A stretch of DNA of 57,269 nucleotides, the filler included, from Globobulimina sp. (taxonomy: Eukaryota), in the NCBI GenBank assembly GCA_003354225.1. It is 5 parts of 5 records of this genome, joined end to end, with 100 filler letters (N's around TTAATTAATTAA, not from the genome) between each part and the next. Parts side by side here need not be neighbours in the genome. Positions count along the whole stretch, not along the records: positions 46,307 to 57,269 come from PIVH01000017.1; 4 more parts are not named here. One strand, given 5' to 3'. Shown here one piece after another: positions 50,067-57,269 of this stretch. The translations under genes were made by a program, and so were the position numbers. Positions within the stretch are counted from its first letter, which is position 1; each line of letters starts with the position of its first letter. Under the pieces are notes generated by a model. That model was not told the DNA's origin. It did not search any database and saw nothing but the letters and a program-made list of their open reading frames with translations.

Positions 50067-51428
50067 TTATTGGGTGCGCTGTTTAAGTCGGCGATTTTTT
50101 ATCTGTTGAAAGCAGAATTTCCTGTCTTCCATTTTGGCCCAAGGGTCAAACACTACACTGGATTGGAGGAACTGTCGGTTTCGGGAGTTGGGATCTTGGG
50201 ATGGTCCATGGATGATGTCTCGAACCATTTTACTGAGACAGATTGCATCCGGCCGGATATATGTCATACTAATATCGGGCAACTTGGAATCGCTCCATCC
50301 AACATATTTCAAAATGAGGCCATGAGCTATGCCGACCTGAGAGGCTCGTGTTGTACCACCAATTCGAGCACTGTAAGATGAATAACGTTTGGTTTCAAGG
50401 ATATAGGTCGGGTTTGCCGCGACAACTTCTTTTATGATCGTAGAGAGGGCAGTGGTGTTAACCACTTTGCCATTGGACCAAATAAAGACATTATTTTCAG
50501 ACGAGAGTCGGAGATTATGTCTGCGAATACTCTCACTCCTACCGAGGGAGGAAAGCAATTTCTTGCGACGCTGTAAGTATACCTGAAGCAATCGCAATGG
50601 GTTGAGAAGTTTGCAGGGACAGGATTTGTTAAACCGCAGTGTTTGGGTACAATATGAGCTGCCTACATACAGGAGCTTGGAATCTTGGAGCGATTTCATG
50701 GATTTGTGAGAAACAATTTGGATTCGGACATAATGTGTTGATGGTTTGGACGGATTTGGTTTAAAAAAGGCAATATGTTTAAATTTGACGCCTTTTTTTG
50801 TTTGGGAATAAGGAGACCGCAGCAATTCGCATGGTCTGGACATCGTAAAAAAGTAAAGTTGAATAATAAGGACTTTCAACAAGATATCGAATGAAATGGT
50901 ATCATATCTATTGATAACACAGTCGGATTTCAAGGTATAACGAATCAAATGGTCCAATTTTAATGGTAATCGAGAGTCAGAGCGTTTGTCATAACGTTTC
51001 ATTGCGGCGGACTTAAAACGTAAATATTCATTATTTGTATTAAAGTAAGGATCAATGTCCGCGGCTTCATGTAACCATAGGATCATTGATTGAGCCTGGC
51101 GAACACAGTTTGTATTGCCAGCTTGTTGGATGCGATCAGCGATCCAAAAAAGGGCCAACGAAGCATTAGTAGGTAGCGCAAAAGGGCTCTCTTTTAGCGT
51201 GACACAGTAAAATACCCAGTTTCTCAAATGTGAGATATATTGGATCTTAGTTCCCATACATTTGTCTAAATTATTTGTCTCGACAATAAACTCCGCAGTC
51301 TTTGGTCTTTTCTTTGCGAGATAGTGAGTTTCCGCAAAGCGTTTTCTGTACCACTCTGAATTAAAGAAAAGCAAAAACACACAGTCAGTAAATGGCACTT
51401 TTAAACGCAAACAGAATAAAACAGTCAT
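50067..51428 (-). CDS. Tyrosine recombinase
   Basis: 'MSRPCELL', 'SHKS', 'YSSYSARIGGTT', 'VGWSD', 'MTYIR'. Confidence 0.9.
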   Translation of the reverse strand: MTVLFCLRLKVPFTDCVFLLFFNSEWYRKRFAETHYLAKKRPKTAEFIVETNNLDKCMGTKIQYISHLRNWVFYCVTLKESPFALPTNASLALFWIADRIQQAGNTNCVRQAQSMILWLHEAADIDPYFNTNNEYLRFKSAAMKRYDKRSDSRLPLKLDHLIRYTLKSDCVINRYDTISFDILLKVLIIQLYFFTMSRPCELLRSPYSQTKKGVKFKHIAFFKPNPSKPSTHYVRIQIVSHKSMKSLQDSKLLYVGSSYCTQTLRFNKSCPCKLLNPLRLLQVYLQRRKKLLSSLGRSESIRRHNLRLSSENNVFIWSNGKVVNTTALSTIIKEVVAANPTYILETKRYSSYSARIGGTTRASQVGIAHGLILKYVGWSDSKLPDISMTYIRPDAICLSKMVRDIIHGPSQDPNSRNRQFLQSSVVFDPWAKMEDRKFCFQQIKNRRLKQRTQ

Positions 51429-53317
51429 AATGTAAAGTTTGCTGCGTAATTGGGATAACCCCTTCGTGCCCTTTCTTTAATAGGTAAACACAGAAAGGCA
51501 ATGAAGTCCTGATATTCCTGACAGTCATAGTCAAGATCTGCCAAAGGATTTTTTGTGGCATTAATTTGTTTATTTAAGAATTTAAAATTGGAGAAATAGC
51601 ATGTTTCGGTTTTCTCCTGAACCATGGAAAGATTATATGCATTTACAATGGACCAGAAATCATGGAATTTTAATCTGGACAAAGCATCGGATAATCCATT
51701 GGAAGATGAGGATACCCAATCAATCCATACTAAGAACTTAAATTCAAGCATTAAATGGCACAATTCATAGACGAATAACATCAAATTATACGAAGAAGAC
51801 CATTTTCGGCGGAAAGCATAATAACAAGACTCATTGTCTATGAATAAATGGATGGTTTTGCCAGTCAAATAATGGCGAAATGTATATAACGCTGATAACA
51901 TCACATGAGCCTCTTTCTGAGTGATATGCCAATTGGCTGTATGGTCCTCATTAAAGGAATAAAAAGACCAATAACCACCCACTACAAAGCCACCATGCGT
52001 AGAACAGGCATCTGTTGAGGCGGAAATGGACATTGTTTGAGTCATTAAAATCTCGGACATTGGAACTTGTAGTATTTGATCAGCGTAAAAATACCAATAA
52101 CGCAAATCATTCAAAATGGACAATGGCAATATAAAATAATCACTTTTGGAATATATGCCAGATCGGATATTGGCATGAATGAAATGTAACAAATTCCAGC
52201 ACAGTGCTTTTGTTGGTTGGCGTAATTGTGCCCAATGCATTATAGTGCCACAAATGGACTCAAGTGCAGCACCGGTAATAACTCGATATTGCAATGTATA
52301 GAGGATCAGCTGCTTGAAATTACGGTATTTAATTGGAGGAATTCCAATCATTTTATTACATAAATCAAAGGAGACTCCATATATAACAGCTGATTGACAA
52401 GTTCTTATAAAACCTGATTCTTTGAGCGAAACCTGAACATTAAGTTCTTTCATCAACGCATCAAATCTGGTTTCCATTTCGACACAGTCGGCTTCTTTGA
52501 ATGCAGCTAAAACAAAGTCGTCAATGTGAACCAATGTCTTTCCTCTCCATTCTTTGTCATATATTTTATTATCTAATATCCAAACTAAAATCTGTGCAAA
52601 ATATTGGGAGTTTGCAGGGGCTGATGCTACACCATAAGGCTGCTTACGATCACGCCAAACTAAACCAAACAATGAATAACAAATGTAATCACTATCTTCT
52701 TCACAAAGTCCGATTTGGCGAAAGAAATCCGACAGATCACGAATTGCAAAAAAATTGCAATCAATCAAAGTGCGAACATATTTTTTTAAGTTTGGCAGGG
52801 AAGGAATCTTGCATTTTATCGGGCGAATCAAGTCATTGATGGACGAGGTCGATTGTGTTTTAAACGATCCATTTCGGATCACACGGAACTTAGTATATTT
52901 GCCCTGACCGTCTTTCTTCGGAGTGCAGAAAATCATAATCATATAACGAGGGTTTCCAAAGAATGGCTCAATTTGTCCGTTCTCTGCCTCAGCAATCATT
53001 TTATCTAAAATCGCGATTGCTTCTTGCGGTGTATTGGCAATATTGGATATTTTCGTGGATAAATGTTTATGGATTACATGTGTTTCACGCTGACGTTTAG
53101 ATTGAAAGTGCGTTTCTAACCACAAGGGGAATCCAACGGTAATCCATTTAATGTCGGATTTCGCTTTCCGTTTCCCTTGAAGATATTTAGTAAATGCCGG
53201 AATGTTAAACTGGTTTTTAAAACGAGAGGGTTCATTATGTAGTTGTGTTAACCTATCGAGTCTAGGCTGGAGTTTCGCCGCGAAGCTCTGATCGAATTCT
53301 AAGAATGTAAAAAACAC
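51425..53317 (-). CDS. DIRS/Ngaro-type reverse transcriptase-RNase H
   Basis: 'KFRVI', 'SINDLI', 'DLSDFFRQI', 'PYGVASAP', 'HIDDF', 'STDACS', 'HITQKEA', 'FIDN', 'NGLSDALSR'. Confidence 0.93.
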   Translation of the reverse strand: MFFTFLEFDQSFAAKLQPRLDRLTQLHNEPSRFKNQFNIPAFTKYLQGKRKAKSDIKWITVGFPLWLETHFQSKRQRETHVIHKHLSTKISNIANTPQEAIAILDKMIAEAENGQIEPFFGNPRYMIMIFCTPKKDGQGKYTKFRVIRNGSFKTQSTSSINDLIRPIKCKIPSLPNLKKYVRTLIDCNFFAIRDLSDFFRQIGLCEEDSDYICYSLFGLVWRDRKQPYGVASAPANSQYFAQILVWILDNKIYDKEWRGKTLVHIDDFVLAAFKEADCVEMETRFDALMKELNVQVSLKESGFIRTCQSAVIYGVSFDLCNKMIGIPPIKYRNFKQLILYTLQYRVITGAALESICGTIMHWAQLRQPTKALCWNLLHFIHANIRSGIYSKSDYFILPLSILNDLRYWYFYADQILQVPMSEILMTQTMSISASTDACSTHGGFVVGGYWSFYSFNEDHTANWHITQKEAHVMLSALYTFRHYLTGKTIHLFIDNESCYYAFRRKWSSSYNLMLFVYELCHLMLEFKFLVWIDWVSSSSNGLSDALSRLKFHDFWSIVNAYNLSMVQEKTETCYFSNFKFLNKQINATKNPLADLDYDCQEYQDFIAFLCLPIKERARRGYPNYAANFTL

Positions 53318-53502
53318 ACTTCAGTGAAATGTAAAGGTCGGGTAATGGGTACTGGTTGGTAGTGAGTCGACGTACTGCGTAGCAAGGTAGACTGGTATGT
53401 AGTAGGTAGATGAAATGAGATTACTTACTATAGGCATAATACTCACACATATACATAAATATATAGATGGATATGAATACAAATCAGTAACACAGAAAGT
53501 CA

Positions 53503-54567
53503 TTAAAAACGAATAGAATCAAATTTGGCGATGAATTTCTTATAAATATTTGGTTGAGACTTGGCTGTCGAGCACGTTTTGAACGTATGATTTTGGTCCG
53601 GGTGAAAGGCACATTTGTGCTTAAATCGTGCGTCCGGCGATGGTTCGCATTGATTGCGAGGATTTTTGCAATCACCAAAGGCAAATTTGAACATGCAAAT
53701 ATCACTGGGACATGTGGCACCATATTCAGACATGCAATCCCATGTCACATTGCGTAATAAGGTCATATTATCAGATGATTGATAGTATGAAGGCGGACGA
53801 TTAGCGAATGATGGCCGACGAGTTTGGTTTCGTTGTCGGTCATGATGTGATTTACGAAGTGGTTTATCATCGCTTTCATGATCTTGTTCACGACGATTAC
53901 CAGTATGACGCCGACCTTTTTTATAAGCATTGTTGTGATGATTGGTATTGTCGGTTGGCGGTTGTCTGTGATTTGTGGATATGCGATTTCTGCCATCAAT
54001 GAAAATGTTGAATTTGCGATCATTTTCAAACTCATTCAAATTAAATTGGTCAAATGTCGATAATAAAAATTGCACAACGCTTTTCTGTGTGGTATCACTG
54101 AACGATTGAATAACAGAGTTATTGTCCATTAAAAAACAAATTGGCACATTACTGGCCATGTAATCGTTCAATACGTCAATAATGGTGGACCAAAACGTGA
54201 TGACTTTGCTATACGGATTCCGGACAAATGGGGCAATTTTGCTACGGAACATTTGGATGTTGGCCTTAACCATTTGGACCCAACCAATGAGTAAACGGGT
54301 AAATGATCTCGAATAAGGGACCGTATTTAATGCAGCGAGGACAAAATCCATCGCATCACTCCATGCATTAAGGATAAAATAGAGCGATAGCTTCGATTTA
54401 AAGGCAGAGTATATCTCTTTGGACGTGGAGCTAATATCAGATAAGTTATAGGTGTCGGACATGTATTTGAGTGTAGAATGCAACAACTTAGGGATTATAA
54501 TCTCATCCGTTGCAAATCCGGTAAAAAACTGAATAATTTCATTTCTTGTTTTTATTTTCTTTTTCAA
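53503..54567 (-). CDS. Gag-like protein with C-terminal Cys/His knuckles
   Basis: Position before RT; 'CMFKFAFGDC......C........HKC..H...H....C'. Confidence 0.7.
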   Translation of the reverse strand: MKKKIKTRNEIIQFFTGFATDEIIIPKLLHSTLKYMSDTYNLSDISSTSKEIYSAFKSKLSLYFILNAWSDAMDFVLAALNTVPYSRSFTRLLIGWVQMVKANIQMFRSKIAPFVRNPYSKVITFWSTIIDVLNDYMASNVPICFLMDNNSVIQSFSDTTQKSVVQFLLSTFDQFNLNEFENDRKFNIFIDGRNRISTNHRQPPTDNTNHHNNAYKKGRRHTGNRREQDHESDDKPLRKSHHDRQRNQTRRPSFANRPPSYYQSSDNMTLLRNVTWDCMSEYGATCPSDICMFKFAFGDCKNPRNQCEPSPDARFKHKCAFHPDQNHTFKTCSTAKSQPNIYKKFIAKFDSIRF

Positions 54568-55039
54568 TGCAGAATTGACTAATTATTTAAATATATGTGT
54601 GTTTGAATGATAATCAGCAATTATACAACATTTTGTATAGGAACATTCGCTTCCTTTCAAGCCCAGAATGTTTTTAAAGTATCACATAAAACTGCGGCCG
54701 TTGCAGTACGTCGTTCAAAAAGTATTTTGAGTCACAATAAACACGGATAAACGTATACAAACTACGGGTACAATACAAACTACGCAGAGAATAACCGAAG
54801 GCACTAGAAAACACCGTACTTTTTAGGACCTAAAAAAGATCCAAGAATGAGAAAGGCTGTATCATTCTATGCTGTACAGAGACCCAGCTGCAGTACCGTG
54901 CATTTCCTGAAAAGCCAACCAAACCCACCTCCGAGAAAAGTTTTAGTAAAAAGTTTTGGAGAGACGTGTCAACAAATTAAGGTGCCAGAATAGGAGGAAT
55001 ATTTTAATTATGCAAACACGACAATTAAAATAACACATA

Positions 55040-56140
55040 TTAAATGGATAGACCTTCAACTTTATTGACCAACTCCTTATTAGAGGCGGTATCGGCTCGC
55101 TTGTTGCCATTCATCTTCCTCTGCATAATCTCCATAACAATTTGTTGATGCGTTCGTGTTTCTTCTTTGGCCACAGTTTGCGCCAAAAATATTGCTGCTT
55201 CCTTATCAACGGTGCGATCAACAGTGAGTGCCGAGATAGCGTGCGATTGCAAAGTAATAAGCTTCTTCTTCGGACTTTCATGCTGCGAAAACATATAACG
55301 ATTATCGGATTTTTTCAAATTATGCGCCATCCGATCAATTTTGGCATTCATATTATCGGCCATTTTATCAATTTTATCATCAAATAATGCCCTCTGGGCT
55401 TGCAATAATTTGTCGGTATCTTCGTCATTGTGTTTCTCATCAAAATGTGAATACGGATTGTCGGAAACGTCGGATTTCACACTGTGTAGTGGCGAAGGCG
55501 GGGAATTGGAGAGTACTGAACGGCGGAACTCTTTCTGTCGTTTCTTGCCATGGCTGTTTCGTTCATGATTACCGGCGAAGAGGGCCATTTTGGATGCTTT
55601 TCTTTTGATCACTTTGCGGAAAGACCGGATTTGATCATAAATGACGCGATTTTTAAAATACGGACTGTTCCATTTCTTCAATTGGTTACCTTTGGAATCT
55701 ACGTATTTGTCATTGCGTAAATAAGTGATACGTTCTAATAATTTGGGTACCAACCATCGCCACCAAAATTCTTTGATTTCCTCTCTTTTGTATTGATGTT
55801 TATAAAATACCACATAAATAAGGTCAACAACGGACCGTTTGTCATCGGACTTTGATGAGTCAATAAATAAACGATTGTAATGCATTGAATATAACATATT
55901 GAGGGATACGCCGGTCATCACAATATTATCCAACAAGGCGATGAAACCAAACCGACGCTCTTCATTGTAACACTGCAACGTTTCTGTTACAGATTTACCC
56001 GCATTGACCATTTCATCCATGTTATCTAATAAATTGGCGAAGAAAATGCGTGATGATTCATACAAATTTATCAAATTATCGGTCGGCTTCGGTTCATCGA
56101 GAGTTTTCTGGCGGGACCGCAAAAAATTGAGTACAGTCAA
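55040..56140 (-). CDS. Retrotransposon ORF2, unknown function
   Basis: 366-codon ORF inside the A1-B1 interval; TTG start only at its 5' end. Confidence 0.7.
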   Translation of the reverse strand: MTVLNFLRSRQKTLDEPKPTDNLINLYESSRIFFANLLDNMDEMVNAGKSVTETLQCYNEERRFGFIALLDNIVMTGVSLNMLYSMHYNRLFIDSSKSDDKRSVVDLIYVVFYKHQYKREEIKEFWWRWLVPKLLERITYLRNDKYVDSKGNQLKKWNSPYFKNRVIYDQIRSFRKVIKRKASKMALFAGNHERNSHGKKRQKEFRRSVLSNSPPSPLHSVKSDVSDNPYSHFDEKHNDEDTDKLLQAQRALFDDKIDKMADNMNAKIDRMAHNLKKSDNRYMFSQHESPKKKLITLQSHAISALTVDRTVDKEAAIFLAQTVAKEETRTHQQIVMEIMQRKMNGNKRADTASNKELVNKVEGLSI

Positions 56141-57129
56141 TGCATCGGTTCGGATTCCAAGACCGCATCAAAGGAATACTCGGATTTCGGCGGTACATAT
56201 ACTGCAAATGGGTCAACACTTAAATCCATTGGTTGCCGAGCCGGGGATTCATTAATGATATACCGCGAATTCTCTGTAGTGTAAAATGGTGGTTGGTGCG
56301 TATTGGTATTTGTATTCTGGGTTTGCATAATTTCTTGGGTTTGCAAGGTTTCATGGGTTTGCACAGTGCGAACCGTTTGTATGTTATCACGTCGATGGTT
56401 CGTTTCTGGATTTGTCTCCGGCGATTTTGGTGTGTCACCCTCTCGTTCTTTTTTGTCGGATTCCTTGGTATCCGCAGCATCACTGTCGTCAGAGATGTCT
56501 ATTATTGAGGAATTTGATTGTTGGGATTGGGAGCCAGTAACTCCAAAGGCAGGATGTTGAGAGAGGGTAAACGCTGCATCGATAGTTACTTCGTCAGCAG
56601 ATTCTTCATTCGCGTTATTTGTGTTACTGTTGCTGGGTTTTTGTGTTTGTTTATCAGTTTCCAAGAGAGGAGATGTGAATAAATCATATTGTAATATCAA
56701 TCTCTTATAATTCACCCAATCCCTTGAATTTCGAAATGTAGCCACCTTATCCACCGCCACCTGTTTACAAAATGCGGATATTAATTCTTTGACGGGACGG
56801 GATTGGTTATCAGGTCTTGCCATCGCTGCGTCATGCTTCACTTTCAAACGATTTAATATTGCATTGTATGACGAAGATTGTGTTGGCATGACATAAACAA
56901 ATTTATTCGATTTAATATAGGATAGCATCGCTTCATAATCCTCTTTAAAATATTTGAGCGGGGCCGCCTTTGGATCCTTTAATGGTTGTTTCATTAACGA
57001 AGGAGTCAGGAAGAATAGCTTAGGATCCTTCTGTACCGTCTTCGCAAATGCGTCGAATGCTTTGATGGTCATTGTCAATGCCATTGGATAATTTGCTGCA
57101 GGTAATTTGCTACGGATAGAGCCAATCAA
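56137..57129 (-). CDS. Retrotransposon ORF1, unknown function
   Basis: 330-codon ORF directly after A1; first ATG at MALTM. Confidence 0.7.
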   Translation of the reverse strand: MIGSIRSKLPAANYPMALTMTIKAFDAFAKTVQKDPKLFFLTPSLMKQPLKDPKAAPLKYFKEDYEAMLSYIKSNKFVYVMPTQSSSYNAILNRLKVKHDAAMARPDNQSRPVKELISAFCKQVAVDKVATFRNSRDWVNYKRLILQYDLFTSPLLETDKQTQKPSNSNTNNANEESADEVTIDAAFTLSQHPAFGVTGSQSQQSNSSIIDISDDSDAADTKESDKKEREGDTPKSPETNPETNHRRDNIQTVRTVQTHETLQTQEIMQTQNTNTNTHQPPFYTTENSRYIINESPARQPMDLSVDPFAVYVPPKSEYSFDAVLESEPMH

Positions 57130-57171
57130 TGATGCTGTTGTTCGAGTTGAGTCAAGGCGTTGCCGCCAGAA

Positions 57172-57269
57172 AGTAAAAGGATTGACGAAGGAGAGTGAAG
57201 TAAAGTGACTAAAGATAAAATAATGTAAGATAATAGAAACACTTTCTAAAGTTAAGAATCATAACACTG
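57172..57269 (-). repeat. Split direct repeat A1 (partial)
   Basis: Identical to 49654-49751. Confidence 0.93.

Larger units (their letters stand above)
49452..57269 (-). mobile_element. Ngaro-like tyrosine-recombinase retrotransposon with split direct repeats (A1-ORFs-B1-A2-B2)
   Basis: Gag-like, RT/RNase H and YR ORFs, no methyltransferase seen; repeats A and B as listed; A1 is cut by the window end. Confidence 0.92.

Noticed and set aside
53321-53503. 60-aa ORF overlapping the Gag stop (TAATG) and in frame with RT across one TGA, suggesting reinitiation plus readthrough
   Set aside because: Not excluded, but disfavoured: the peptide looks non-coding and a good acceptor lies just after the TGA. 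It remains the main alternative to splicing, as does ATGA coupling at 51425-51428.

Overview
AT-rich, intron-containing eukaryotic (protist-like; possibly rhizarian/foraminiferan, inference only) DNA. The window is five probably unlinked contigs (1-12170, 12271-23901, 24002-35079, 35180-46206, 46307-57269) joined by artificial N44-TTAATTAATTAA-N44 linkers. Host genes include a cyclic-nucleotide-regulated channel, TMEM131-like protein, PDZ-like/MIT/AAA spastin-like ATPase, TenA, DRC10-like protein, dephospho-CoA kinase, a P1B-ATPase start, an ERI1-NADAR fusion, a 5xWWE PARP, an RBR E3 ligase, choline/ethanolamine kinase and a Patched/NPC1-like protein. Mobile DNA comprises (i) a 5'-truncated non-LTR retrotransposon whose RNase H is split by a 1163-bp insertion with asymmetric inverted repeats at a TT site, and (ii) a near-complete Ngaro-like tyrosine-recombinase retrotransposon with A1-ORFs-B1-A2-B2 split direct repeats. 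The strongest candidate novelty is that all five ORFs of this element are linked by phase-matched GT-AG splice sites, suggesting spliced expression of an ORF1-ORF2-Gag-RT/RH-YR polyprotein. Second is an ERI1 exonuclease-NADAR fusion beside a WWE mono-ADP-ribosyltransferase. All calls come from motif reading by eye; no searches were run.
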